The notes beneath the pieces were generated by a model. The model saw only the letters and a list, made by a program, of their open reading frames with translations. It had not been told where the DNA came from and searched no databases. This document shows positions 35,881 to 48,886 of a stretch of DNA of 64,000 nt, in pieces. The stretch is from NCBI GenBank assembly GCA_951406725.2, contig OX597817.1, positions 10,788,001 to 10,852,000 of the forward strand, given 5' to 3'. The stretch is from Octopus vulgaris (Eukaryota). Each line of letters begins with the position of its first letter. Position 1 is the first letter of the stretch. The position numbers and the translations under genes were made by a program.

Positions 35881-36394
35881 GTTTTAGATATGTATATAAT
35901 TAGTTTCTTAATTTTTCATCTTGGTACAGATTTGTTTTTGAAGATAAGCATGTTGTTTGTATATACATGGGTCTTTTCCTACATTTCAAATCTTGTATTT
36001 TTATAAATACACAATTTTAAATGTTAGTTACTAATAGGATTTCAAAATATGCCAAACCAGGGTAGTAAATCATAATGCCACCATCCTAAAAAAACAAAAC
36101 AAAAACAGGTCACGTGATTAGGTTTTGCACAATATTTCTGAGTACATGGATAATTGATTTATGACATTGATATGTAAAGCTTCGGATTTATAGATAAGCT
36201 GAGCAAAGGCATCATCATCACCATCATCATCATCATGATATCCTATGCTCTCTTTAGTGAAACATTCAGGCCTATTGAAATTGGGTCATAATTTTTACTT
36301 TTGTAACCAGTTAATCATTCAAAGCAAGATCAAATGTATGCCAATGTTTGTTCTGTGTGGGTAATTTGATAACAATATCATTGTTTCAGTGACT

Positions 36395-36420
36395 TATATA
36401 TATGTGTATGTATGTGTATG

Positions 36421-36452
<32 letters not shown>

Positions 36453-36482
36453 TATGTATGTATGTATGTATATGTATGTATG

Positions 36483-36514
<32 letters not shown>

Positions 36515-36871
36515 TGTATGTGTGTGTATGTATGTATGTATGTATGTATGTATGTATGTGTGTGTATGTATGTGTGTGTATGTATGTATGTGTGTGTGTA
36601 TGTATGTATGTGTGTGTGTATGTATATGCATGTATGTATATGTATGTATATGTATGTATGTATGTATATTTATGTATATGTATGTATGTATGTGTGTATG
36701 TATGTATGTGTGTGTATGTATGTGTGTATGTATATGTGTGTATGTGTGTATGTATGTATGTATGTATGTGTATGTATATGTATGTATGTATATGTGTATG
36801 TATATGTATGTATGTATGTGTATGTATGTATATATATATGTATATATATATGTATATATATATATATATAT
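36395..36871. repeat. Compound (TATG)n/(TG)n/(TA)n microsatellite
   Basis: Direct reading of the sequence. Confidence 0.98.
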
Positions 36872-37352
36872 AATTTTTTTTTTTTTCAAAGTGAACTCCC
36901 ATTGTAATTTTCAGAAACACACACAAAAAAAAAACAAAAACATTCTATTGAAAAAACATTGGAGTGTTTGTAAGTCCCTTTACGAGGGTGAAAAAAAGAG
37001 AAAGAGGCTTAGTCATTGCTTAATCCAATGTCAGCCCTGGCTGAGTCAACCAATGATCAGTGTTTAAATTGTCCATTCCATTGTTTTTTTTTTTTTGTTT
37101 TTTTTTTCATGCATAGGACCACATTATTCATTGTGACTCCTATTTCCTTTTTTAAGCTGGTGGGCATAATGGAGACTCGACTTCTATTTTTAGCAGATCA
37201 AGTGCTTGTGTAGGACCAGTCTCTATATTAGGTCATAACTCTTTTTTCATTCAATACCGTATATGTAGATGAATATTTAAAGTGTTATGACAAATGTAAT
37301 GTCTACTCGATGGGAAGTGGAATATGATCAGATTTGTCCTGTTATTTGTTTA

Positions 37353-37761
37353 TACTCTCTCTTTTACTCTTTTACTTGTTTCAGTCATTTGACTGCGGCC
37401 ATGCTGGAGCACCGCCTTTTAGTCGAGCAAATCGACCCCCGGGACTTATTCTTTTTGTAAGCCCAGTACTTATTCTATCGGTCTCTTTTGCCGAACCGCT
37501 AAGTGACGGGGACGTGAACACACCAGCATCGGTTGTCAAGCAATGCCAGGGGGACAGACACACAAACACACACACGCATACATATACATATATATATATA
37601 CGACAGGCTTCTTTCAGTTTCCGTCTACCAAATCCACTCACAAGGCATTGGTCGGCCCGGGGCTATAGCGGAAGAAACTTGCCCAAGATGCCACGCAGTC
37701 GGACTGAACCCGGAACCATGTGGTTGGTTAGCAAGCTACTTACCACAGCCACTCCTGCACC
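37353..37761 (-). mobile_element. SINE family A
   Basis: Full-length copy. Confidence 0.9.
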
Positions 37762-39322
37762 TAAATTATATATATATTTTAGATTAAATTTATTATTATT
37801 CAAAAATTTTACTCATTAAATTAATGCAGATCTTGCTTTCTCTCATTCTCTCTCTCTCTCTCCCCCCCTTCCTCTCTCCCCCCTCTCCAACTGTGGTAAC
37901 CATGTATCTTTTCTACAACAAGACACCTGCTTCTGTCCTTGTTTCATGCTCTAATCTCTCACCATCTGGCAGGAAGCCATCACTTCCAGTACTCCCCATT
38001 CTCAAAGGACCTTTGTCTTGCAAGTTACTTGGTGACCTTGCCGGTGCCACTTTAAAAGCAAAAGTGCCCTGTCCACACTGTAAAATGGCTGGTGTTTGGA
38101 GGTGCATCCTGCTGTAAAAGAAAAATCCTGCCAAGATGGACTTCACCTGGTACTGGTGTCACGTAAAAAAAACACCCAGTCAAGTCTGTAAAGTTGTTGG
38201 GGTTAGGAAGGGCATCTAACCATAAAAAATCATGCCTAAACAACAGTGGAACTTGGTGTAGCCCTCTGGCTTGCCTGCATGGAAAATGGATGTTTGATGA
38301 TGATATTTCAGTCAGATGACTTCAGCCATGCAGGGGCACCACCCTGAAGGATCTAGTCAAACAAATCAACCTCCAGTACTTTAAAGCCTGGCACTTAATC
38401 TTATCAGTCTTGTTTGTTGAACCGTTAAGTTATGGGAATGTAAACCACTTGCTAAGTGGTGGTCACACATGCACGCGTGCTTTTTTCAGTTTCTGCCTAC
38501 TAAGTCCACCCACAAGACATTGGTCGGCCCAAGGCTGTTGTAGAAGACACTTGCCCATGGTGCCATGCGGTGGGACTGAACCTGGAACCATGTGGTTTGG
38601 AAGCAAACTTCTTACCGACTTTTTAGATTAGGAAAAAGTATTTCGAGTATTTTGATGTTTGAAAATGCTTTAAGTATCGTATTCCTCCCCTTTGATTCGA
38701 CTCCAGGATTTTGCATTCCTTCTGTCTAATGAATTCTGTATTCTTTAACTTATGGTTGAAAAAATAGACTAATAATAATGAGCACTTGAGAAATGGTTGA
38801 AAAAGACTATTGGCAGCAAAATGTTTGGCTTCGTTTAAGCATTGTCTGCTGATCATTCTTTGTGATGAGAGGTTCCAAAAAGTTCCTTGTTTTTTGATAT
38901 CAAAAACACCTCATTACAATGCTCTAAACATGTTATTCTGAATATTATGGGAGAAATTTACTAAGCAAAATTTGAATAGAATGAGTTTGTAATTGAATGG
39001 AATTTGAGACTTGAATTTAAAATTTAAAACGTTACTGTGAGCCAAATGTATTTCACAGCTGCCTTTTTACCAAAGTTTGGGTGTGAGGATTAAAACTGAA
39101 CTTATTTAATATCTTCTTACTGAAATGGAATTAAAGAACAAATTAATTCATAAGAATTAGAAATAACATAAGTTTAAAGTAACTAATAGTTCTGGCAAAA
39201 GAGAATCTCTAAAACATTGTGTATAGTTGTTGAATTTACTCTGAAGATCAAGTTAAGGAGTGAACATGAAAATTTAATAGGGAGGAAATAAGAAATCGTG
39301 TTAACATTGTTATTTATCATTA

Positions 39323-39707
39323 GTGGAGGCGCAATGGCCCAGTGGTTAGGGCAGCGGACTCGCGGTCATAGGATCGCGGTTTCGATTCCCAGACCGGGCG
39401 TTGTGTTTATTGAGCGAAAACACCTAAAGCTCCACGAGGCTCCGGCAGGGGATGGTGGTGATCCCTGCTGTACTCTTTCACCACAACTTTCTCTCACTCT
39501 TACTTCCTGTTTCTGTTGTACCTGTATTTCAAAGGGCCGGCCTTGTCACTCTCTGTGTCACGCTGAATATCCCCGAGAACTACGTTAAGGGTACACGTGT
39601 CTGTGGAGTGCTCAGCCACTTACACGTTAATTTCACGAGCAGGCTGTTCCGTTGATTCGGATCAACCGGAACCCTCGTCGTCGTAACCGACGGAGTGCTT
39701 CCATCCA
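39323..39707 (+). mobile_element. tRNA-derived SINE family C
   Basis: A-box TGGCCCAGTGG and B-box GGTTTCGATTCC; 15-bp TSD TGTTATTTATCATTA. A head-only copy lies at 5858-5903. Confidence 0.9.
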
Positions 39708-40096
39708 TGTTATTTATCATTACCATCATTATGGTTATTTTTAATTTATTTTCCATACTTGTTGGGGTTAGGTGAATCTGCAATAGAGCATGACATTACT
39801 CATTACAGTAAGGTCACCTTTCTCGTTAGAGCTGGCATCCTGAGACATGACATCACTATTGCTGGTTTTCTTTTTAACATCCATAGCTTCCATTGTCAGC
39901 ATGGCACATTTCACTCAGCAGATGTTGTCCATTTGCAGCACATACACAGCACATCTATTCACCTGCATGTGATGTCTTTCAATATGAAGATGCGGTCTTG
40001 GTTCATTTGCACTCTCTCATGCAAATTATTGTTGCATAATCAGTTAAAATGTCTTTCTTTTTATGATGTTAAAAGAGCCTTTTCTGTGAATGTATG

Positions 40097-40507
40097 CTCT
40101 TTTACTCTCTTTTTTTACTCTTTTACTTGTTTCAGTCAGACTGCGGCCATGCTGGAGCACCGCCTTTATTCGAGCAAATCGACCCTGGGACTTATTCTTT
40201 GTAAGCCCAGTACTTATTCTATCGGTCTCTTTTGCTGAACCGCTAAGTTACAGGGACGTAAACACACCAGCATCGGTTGTCAAGCAATGCTAGGGGGACA
40301 AACACAGACACACAAACACACACACACACACGCACATGTATATATACATATTTACGACAGGCTTCTTTCAGTTTCCGTCTACCAAATCCACTCACAAGGC
40401 ATTGGTCAGCCCGGGGCTATAGCAGAAGACACTTGCCCCAAGATGCCACGCAGTGGGACTGAACCCGGAACCATGTGGTTGGTAAACAATCTACTTACCA
40501 CACAGCC
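40097..40507 (-). mobile_element. SINE family A
   Basis: Near full-length copy. Confidence 0.9.
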
Positions 40508-41342
40508 AAAGTGCATTTTATTTTCTGTGTCAAGGCACCTTACAAGTACTTTTCTTGAAATTTTCACTTGAATTTTTTTCTGTAACTTTATCCGATCTTC
40601 ATTTTTTTTTTTTTTTTTTGTTTGGGCACACATCCCAAACATTTTTTCCCTTTTATTAATGCCTGACTGACCAACCAACCAGGTCTGCATTACTTACATA
40701 CAATCAACAACACAACCATTTTATATACTTCATAGTGGCGGGCAACCAATTGTATGGTTGGCCTATGTATTGTTGTTAAAAGACAGGAAATCTGTTGGAC
40801 AATGATATACTGATTATGTCCAATCCCAAACTTCAAATACCTGCTGCTGCTACTGTTATTGATGTTGTTGTTGGTGGTGGTGTTTACAAAATATACTTAC
40901 TGCTGGTTTGTCCTATTGTTTATTTGTAGTGGAAGTGTCAGGCTGACTGCATTCATTGCTATTTTCTGTTCGCCATTAAGCATTTCTTCTATTTTCGAAT
41001 GCTTTCTATTAATTTATTCTGTTTGGTATATTTAATTTTCATTGATTTTTTATTCTTTTTCTTTATTAAATACTTTTGACTTCAGTGTTTTATTTTTTTG
41101 TTTACATTTTCTTTATAGTTCTTGTTTAGTCTGTCAGCTATGTTCAAAGTCCAACCTAATTCTATTTTTTTTTTATAGACATACTTTTTCAAAAGCTGAA
41201 TTCTCACTTTTTTAAAAGAGCAGCATGTAATCCGAGGGAGTTTGCTAATATTTCTGGTCGATCGACTATGTGGAGGCTTCTTGGTAGTTACATGTATGAT
41301 TTGTTGTGACAGTGGACATTTCTCTTCCTTGTTTTGCTGTCT

Positions 41343-41576
41343 AAAGCGGCGAACTGGCAGAAACGTTAGCACACGGGGCGAAATGCGTAGCCGTATTTCG
41401 TCTGCCGTTATGTTCTGGGTTCAAATTCCGCCGAGGTCGACTTTGCCTTTCATCCTTTTGGGGTCGATAAATTAAGTACCAGTTACGCACTGGGGTTGAT
41501 GTAATCGACTTAATCCGTTTGTCTGTCCTTGTTTTCCCCCCTCTGTGTTTAGCCCCTTGTGGGTAGTAAAGAAATA
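41343..41576 (+). mobile_element. SINE family B
   Basis: Full-length; B-box-like GGTTCAAATTCC. Confidence 0.9.
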
Positions 41577-43393
41577 TATTTTCATATGGCTATACTACCT
41601 GGTGATGGTCATTCTACGATGTAGGCTATATATAGTAAGAGTAAAGGAAGATATGTGGGCATAATGGGAATATTTAGGCAGAGGTGGTGTACTGTAGTTG
41701 TTGCAGAAGAGATGATAGGAGGGTACAAATAGGAAACAGCCAAGTGGTTAGTATTGAATGAATGTCTGCCAACCAGGTGGATGGCTTTTTTTCTTCATGC
41801 ATTTGCTGTGTATTTTTGTAAGGTCGGTGGCCTGCATCAGACATATGAATTATAGTTTAGTATAATAAGATTAATGTAGCCGGAAGTGTGTCAGTCCTTT
41901 ACCTTTAACCACCCCCCTACCTTTGTATAATTGTTTGGGACTGACATATTTTTCTGCTTTTGAAAGCAACCTGCTGCTTTGTGAAAAATAAAGTCAGTCA
42001 GGGATTTTAAGGCCTAGTATTTAAATTTTTTTTTTTTTTTGTCACTGTATTTGCTACCAGCCAGTTTAGCAGGCAACATTCTCTGTCTAGGTAACAGCTT
42101 CTGGCAAAAGCAGCAATAAAAAATGTAGGTTTACAGTAATAATGTTTGGTGCACAAATGTAAACATATTAGAAAGTGATTGTTCATGAAACCTGAAAATT
42201 TCTCTCAAGGCCAAACAGTAGGTTTTAAATTTGCCAAGGGGGAATTGCAATGAGAATTAATGATGAATATGTTGTTACTCGGGTCAACTTAGGTTAAGCA
42301 GACCTAGGTCGCACAGGGTAGTTGGCAGAACAAACTCATAACTGGAATGCTGAATATTGTTTTAATACCATGCTCCTATCTTGCAGAGGACCATATTGTG
42401 CAATCTTCATTAGTTTATTGTATAAGGTTCAATGAGATGGTATGACCACATCGGAGACACTATTTCTGTATGCCTATATATTCTTACTGGTCAATAAAAC
42501 AAAATAACAGGAGCAGACTTTCAGCCTTTTTGGAACCGGATTTGGATCAATAAGAAATAATTCCCTACCAGCCCAGCACCAACCTCAATCTCAATGTAGC
42601 AATCATTGGGACTTCAATGGCAAACATTTATCCCTTCAACTCAACAAATTGCTACCAGAAGACAGCCATCACTAATGCTTTCTGAAGAAAGAGCCAAAAG
42701 AAACAGAACTTGCAAGTAGTTGTTGGTACAGCAGAGATGTGCCTCTTAGTTGACAATTGGTGTTCGTTATATTTTTGGTGCACTTTTCTATGCAATGTTT
42801 GCAGTCCTTGAGGTTATTGATACTGCTGCTATTTTTGTGCATGTGCTCTTTATGCTTGTCAGAATTGTGTAAATGTCCCGAGTGTTTAGGAGTGATAGGG
42901 CGGTATAATGGTTTTAGCTACATGTTGTACTTGACTAGCAAAGATTTACTGTTGCATGTTTGGGAGAAAATGCTATATCTCCTTACAGGTTTCATTTCAG
43001 GGACAATATCAAGATTTGTAAATTCAAGGATATGGATGTCTGACTAGAGGTGTCAGTGAGTAGGTTATTAATCTAGAGAAAGAATATGAAGCCAGGCACT
43101 GTTGCGAACTTATCAGAACTTATCGTGATAGCCAATAAAGCAAGCCAGAGGCTGTCACTGTAAAGTGTTCACAAAATGCCTAGAATAACTTGTGATATGT
43201 CACTCATGTTTTATGTTGTGGCATAACATAAACAGCATTGCTGTTTAAATTGTGTTTCATAGTAACTCTATATGTCCCTAACTTGAAAGTGCTTAAGTTT
43301 TTTTAACAGCAGGGCCCTTTCACATTTATAGAGGTGAATTATGTGTATATTTTGATATTACCACTTACAGAAAACGATCTTTACAGCTTTTAA

Positions 43394-43614
43394 CCCTTTA
43401 GTGTTCACATTATTCTGCCAAAATTAATGCTTCTTCATCCACATTGTTCTGAGCTAATCATGCATTATCTTGTAGCTATGAGATTTTGATGAGGTAGCTG
43501 TTAATTTCTAAAACGATATTGTAGGGTTGGTGTAAGAGACCAGATCTGGCCAGTTTGAACATAAAACAGGCAGAATACTTTTGGCCGGATATGGCCAGTT
43601 TAAATGCTAAAGGG
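43394..43614 (-). mobile_element. piggyBac-type MITE, family P1
   Basis: TTAA|CCCTTTAG ... CTAAAGGG|TTAA; reverse complement of the 21.5-kb copy. Confidence 0.85.
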
Positions 43615-44096
43615 TTAAGCAATGTTCACTTGAGCTATGTTGTGAATGTGAACCTTCCGAAAGTCACTTATATTTTGCACTGGAAATGTTAAGATAAATT
43701 GACAGTTCCTTTTGCAAATGTAGTGTCGCTACTATTTTCCTTCTTGCTATTTAAATGAGTTCAGGATTACACTATCTATTCCTCTTCCCAATCTCGTTTC
43801 TGTTCCTCGTAAGTATTTATACTTCTAAAAGTCGACCGACTCTGCAAATATTCTGATTTCTTTTCGCAAGTTATTCTTACGTGTCATTCTGTGTTTTTTG
43901 CATAGCTGGTTGATGGATGTAGCTGAGCAGACCCAATTAATTTGTGTCAGCATTAAAAGAAACCGCATTTGTAATGAAGTGTTCATATGGGGATGAAATG
44001 CAAATTCTTAATTCCTAGCTTCTTTCCTATCATGAGATGTCAAAAGCAATTTTAGACTCACTATATACATGGTACCTGCAACATTAATAAACACAC

Positions 44097-44130
<34 letters not shown>

Positions 44131-44132
<2 letters not shown>

Positions 44133-44465
44133 AATGTGAGGATAAAAATTTTCTCGAAAACAATTTTATCAATGGCCAGCATATTAAAAAATACCTTTAA
44201 CGGTTAAATTTATATAATTCATAAATGAGGGCAAGGGAAAAAATTTCTAATGCCAAATATGCCGAAAAATTGGACATATTGTCCATTAACCATATAATTT
44301 TTTCACAATACGCACGCTACTCGAAAAAAGGTCGACAGAAATTACTAAAAAATTCCATTATTACCATATCGGACCGATTTCAGAGTTAGCTACTAAGAGC
44401 CTTCTCTTCGTCAGTGATACATGTGGTAAAAGAAATAAATGAGATACTTACTCATACGGCATTAG

Positions 44466-44468
<3 letters not shown>
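44131..44468 (-). mobile_element. Penelope-like pLTR remnant embedded in (TA)n
   Basis: Unique ~340-bp segment between two (TA)n tracts that carries a hammerhead motif. Confidence 0.5.
44366..44420 (-). ncRNA. Minimal type I hammerhead ribozyme motif
   Basis: Minus strand reads gtatca-CTGACGA-agag...ctct-GAAA-tcg-GTC-cgatat; sits in a unique segment flanked by (TA)n. Confidence 0.65.
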
Positions 44469-44503
<35 letters not shown>

Positions 44504-45797
44504 AAATTGCTACGATGATCCGGTTCTTGACTGAAGATTGAAGGCTTCGAATGCCCCATCTGTCTTTTTTGTATCGTCTTCTAAATGTTTTACGTTCTTG
44601 TCCCAGTTTGTATTTTTCTACATATATATATATAATCAGGATATTTCTAAATGTCACTAGAATTGGCTGTAAAGCCCATAGCCTGGTATTAGTGATGACA
44701 TAATAGGGGAATGAGGCAAGGAAGAGGCTAAGATTGCTGCCAGCAGCTGACACTGGAAAATAGGGTAGATGAAAAGATGCTTATTTTGATTTCAGTATTG
44801 TCACTTGAGAATGTTTTCTGCCGGCCTAGTTTATCAAGGTTGTTGTTGCTACTGCAAGTAATATTATGCTGCCTACTCACTTGAGATAGGTTTGGTCTGC
44901 TTGCAAGTTCTGTTTATTTTGGCTCTTTCTTCAGAAAGCATTAGTGATGGCTGTCTTCTGGTAGCAATCTGTTGAGTTGAAGAGATAAATTTTTTGCCAT
45001 TAAAGTCCCAACGATTGCTACATTGAGATTGAGGTTGGTGCTGGTAGGGAATTATTTCTTATTGATCCAAATCCGGTTCCAAAAAGGCTGAAAGTCTGCT
45101 TCTGTTATTTTGTTTTATTGACCAGTAAGAATCTTACTGTGATGGATTTGGAGCAAATTCACTTGGTTTCGTAGTTACTTTTTTTAATTCTAAGCTTTCA
45201 TATTTGAATCATTTAATATAAAAATATAAAGGGGGGTGGGAAGGAATTTTATATAATGTTTGTAAATGAAAGATATATTTCTTTTTAATCACAATTTCCC
45301 CCAAATATCAAATTAGGGTTTAAATATACTTTCATATTCAAATAATACTGCTTGATAAGAGGAATCAATATTATTGATTTTTCTTAAGTACTCTAATCTA
45401 TCTTCCCACCCCCCATCCCCTATATTTTTTTGTTTTCTGGATGAATATTTATAGTTAATTTATCTGTATTCAATATATTGGCTTAGTGAAATGAAAATAT
45501 TTGCCCTCTAGGGATGAGTACTCAAAGATGAAGGCCTACAGCAGATGTTTAGTCTAGCTATGCTGTTTACATCATATCCAATATCTATAAATTAATTATA
45601 TCATTATGGATTTGCCAAAGGCACAAGGCTATAGAATTTGACTACAGTGTTAGGCTGAACAAAAGTAGCCTCCAATAGGATTTAAAGAGTGATAATTAAA
45701 TGTTGGATACAGGTATAGCGAAGGGACTGTTCTCTTGTGAGTTTCTGGTTTTGATCCCACAGTACAGCATCTTGGCCTTGTGTCTTTACAATAATCT

Positions 45798-46082
45798 AGA
45801 GGTCCACAGCTCTTCAATATCTTCCCGAAGAACCTAAGAGACCTGCATGGGGTGGATGCAGATGTCTTTAAAATGAAACTGGATCTCTTCTTGTCGGGTA
45901 TCCCAGATGAACCAACTTCACGGCAGGAGGTGCAGATGAGGGCAGCTGCATCGAACTCTCTCATGCACCAGATGGCATTTGCTAAAAAGCATTCGTGAAG
46001 TAAAATCATGTAGCAACACCAAATGGCGGTGCCCCAGCATGGCCACAGCATGTGAGCTGAAACTAAATAAAAAAAAAAAAAA
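45798..46082 (+). mobile_element. 5'-truncated LINE 3' end (CR1/L2 group) whose tail matches SINE family A
   Basis: RGPQLFNIFPKNLRDLHGVDADVFKMKLDLFLSGIPDEP...* (stop at 45996-45998); 3'UTR GGCGGTGCCCCAGCATGGCCACAGC...GCTGAAAC, then poly-A. Confidence 0.85.
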
Positions 46083-46097
46083 TTTTTTAAATATATA

Positions 46098-46518
46098 GGC
46101 GCAGGAGTGGCTGTGTGGTAAGTAGCTTGCTAACCAACCACATGGTTCCGGGTTCAGTCCCACTGCGTGGCATCTTGGGCAAGTGTCTTCTGCTGTAGCC
46201 CCAGGCCGACCAATGCCTTGTGAGTGGTATTGGTAGACGGAAACTGAAAGAAGCCTGTCGTATATATGTACATATATATATATGTGTGTGTGTATGTTTG
46301 TGTGTCTGTGTTTGTCCCTCTAGTATTGCTTGACAACCGATGCTGGTGTGTTTACGTCCCCGTTACTTTGCAGTTCGGCAAAAGAGACCGATAGAATAAG
46401 TACTGGGCTTACAAAGAATAAGTCCCGGGGTCGATTTGCTCGACTAAAGGCGGTGCTCCAGCATGGCCGCAGTCAAATGACTGAAACAAGTAAAAGAGTA
46501 AAAAAAGAGTAAAAGAGT
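46098..46518 (+). mobile_element. SINE family A
   Basis: Full-length copy directly behind the LINE poly-A. Confidence 0.9.
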
Positions 46519-46600
46519 ATAAAGTTGATCCCAAAGCTTTGGGAGTGAAATTTGGTAGATAGAAACTGTTTGGAAGCCTGTCAGTTGGATTGCACTTTAA

Positions 46601-46811
46601 CCTTTTGGCATACAGATTACTCTGTCAAATGTAATGCTTGTTTATTCAGTTTTGAATTAATCGTGCATTATTTTGTAGCTTTGGGATCTTGATGTAACTG
46701 TTAATTTTTGAAATGGTATGGTAGGGTTGGTGTGAGACCAGATCTGGCCAGTTTGAACATAAAACTGGTAGAATATTTTGGCTGGATATGGCTGTTTTAA
46801 ATGGTAAAGGG
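46601..46811 (-). mobile_element. piggyBac-type MITE, family P1 (older copy)
   Basis: TTAA|CCTTTTGG ... TAAAGGG|TTGA; same internal sequence as other P1 copies. Confidence 0.75.
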
Positions 46812-46874
46812 TTGATTTAAAGGTCCAGCTAGGTCACGTTGCATCATGCTGATTTCATTTGTGGAATTGCATTA

Positions 46875-47135
46875 GTTAGTTAATTTTTTGGCTCAAAAAG
46901 CAAAAAGCAAGGCCATGTAGGGGGACATGGAGTCATGTACAGGGTGGTGTTCATGTAAAGAGTTCAGGTCACTTGTGGTCTAGGGAGACTTTGAACTGAG
47001 CGGTCATCAGCATCTTCACCATCTCGTCCGGCAGCTTATTCCACGGATCCGCAACCCGGACGGAGAAAGCCCCTCTCCTTCGATTGAGATGAAATCATCG
47101 CAGATAGAGCTTTTCGGAATGACCCCGCAGCCGAC
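46875..47135 (-). mobile_element. CR1 LINE 3' fragment
   Basis: Minus strand RLRGHSEKL...AFSVRVADPWNKLP...FKVSLD; inserted in an old SINE with CATTA on both sides. Confidence 0.8.
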
Positions 47136-48420
47136 ATTAAGGGTATATTATCTGTGGAATACTCAACCACTTGCAGGTTCAGTTGATTAAATAACTAAAT
47201 GCTTTATTGTTGAAACTGGAGGAGGATTTACCAGAAGGTATCAAGGCATTTTATCAAATGCTATTAATTCTGACAACCTCTGGACTTGTTGGTAATGATT
47301 GTTTCTAACATTCCCCACTTCCCAAATAGTCTACAAACTAGTCTATTTTACTGGTAAATGAAAGGTCATGAACCATAGTTTTGGGGTGAACTTAGTGTAG
47401 ATTTATTAAAACTAACTAACTTGCTTGTTAATATATTGTTCTTTAACCAGAAGTCATTCCTGGATAAACTGATCTATTGAAGACATTCCATTCATGACCA
47501 GCCCACTTTTTTTTTCCATGCATTGTATTTGCAGGATTACATTTTCCAAATGCCCTTCATCCTTCATTTTTCTAAGACATAATGTGGTTTGAGGGAAATT
47601 TGACTGTTATTTCTAGTAAATTGTGAGACCACACTAGCTCCCTCACTCGCTTATGATACTAGATGTGTTTGACTATGGGGGAAATGTTGGCTTAAAACCA
47701 GGTTGGTACTAGTTGCTTAATGTCTACATTTCTTAGTTTAGAATTAATATGGAGATGGAAGCGGGAGAGACAACTAAAAGAAAAGAAATGGTAACTGGTT
47801 AGTTTTTCATTGAAGAAGATATCTTTTTTAACAAAGACTTACTGGAGCAAATAAAATAGGATTATCTAAATCCAAAACTTCCCCTAGTGGTTATTGTGAA
47901 GGACAAAAGTGATCTGAAATAGCTTCAAATAATTTGAATTTGGAACATTGCTTAAATGTCTGAATTCTCAGCATTGATTTTCTATAGTTATTGACCTTAT
48001 ATTTCAAAATGTGTATCTACACAATATTTGTAACAAATTTTAATCACTCTGATCATAAGAGATGAAACTGATTGAAACTGTTATGTAGATATTTTGTAGA
48101 TATATATTACAAACACAAGGCTTAATAGCTTGGAAAATTCTTGTAGACTGTTTGATGGTGTATGCATCTTACTCTACACTAATATTATATATATATATAT
48201 ATGCTGTTATTTTAAACTGTCTGTCCAAATGCGTTCAATATTTATCTTTGTTTGACCAAAAGAACCAGCTATTGCAAGCAATCATAACTCCAGCTGCTTC
48301 AGATGCCAAGGTATCGAAAATTATGAAAGTGAAGTACAACAGTTTTGCTATGGAATGGTCAAACTATTATTTTTTCTTGAAAAAGCAACATATTGGACTT
48401 ACAACACTTTTGCATAATAG

Positions 48421-48465
<45 letters not shown>

Positions 48466-48886
48466 ATCATTTAACCGCCAGTTATCCATTCTGGCATGGG
48501 CCATATGCAGATTTTCTGTGGCTGAATGCTCTTCTGGTTGCCAATCCACGTCTGTTTCCAAGTAAGGTAATATTTTTATCCCCCTAGATATACAGTTTTT
48601 TTCACGTAAGACTGGGAACAAAACCTCAATTGTATGATATTGACGCTCATTTACAACAATCATGTTGTGTGTGTGCACCTGCATTCACATACACCTTTCA
48701 GTTTTGTTCTACCAATTGCAATCATTAGGCTTTGGTTAATGGTTGTGGCTGTGGAAGACACTTGCCCTAGGTACTGATCAATGGTACTCAAGACCACATG
48801 GTTAGGAAGTAATCTTAACTACACAGCTATGTCTGTACTTATATTATAAACTTACCTGATTATACAGATGTAAGGTTATATAAGTA

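Larger units (their letters stand above)
42480..45132. repeat. ~240-bp inverted repeats 2.2 kb apart (possible decayed Penelope-like element with an inverted segment)
   Basis: 42480-42719 is the reverse complement of 44897-45132 with few differences. Confidence 0.85.

Noticed and set aside
36378-37067. Long ORFs of 150-220 aa (YVCM/HTYI repeats)
   Set aside because: Artefacts of a stop-free (TATG)n microsatellite.
39323-39400. tRNA-like sequences (also at 5858, 8187, 27720 and the SINE A heads)
   Set aside because: These are SINE heads with A/B boxes but no proper cloverleaf; not tRNA genes.
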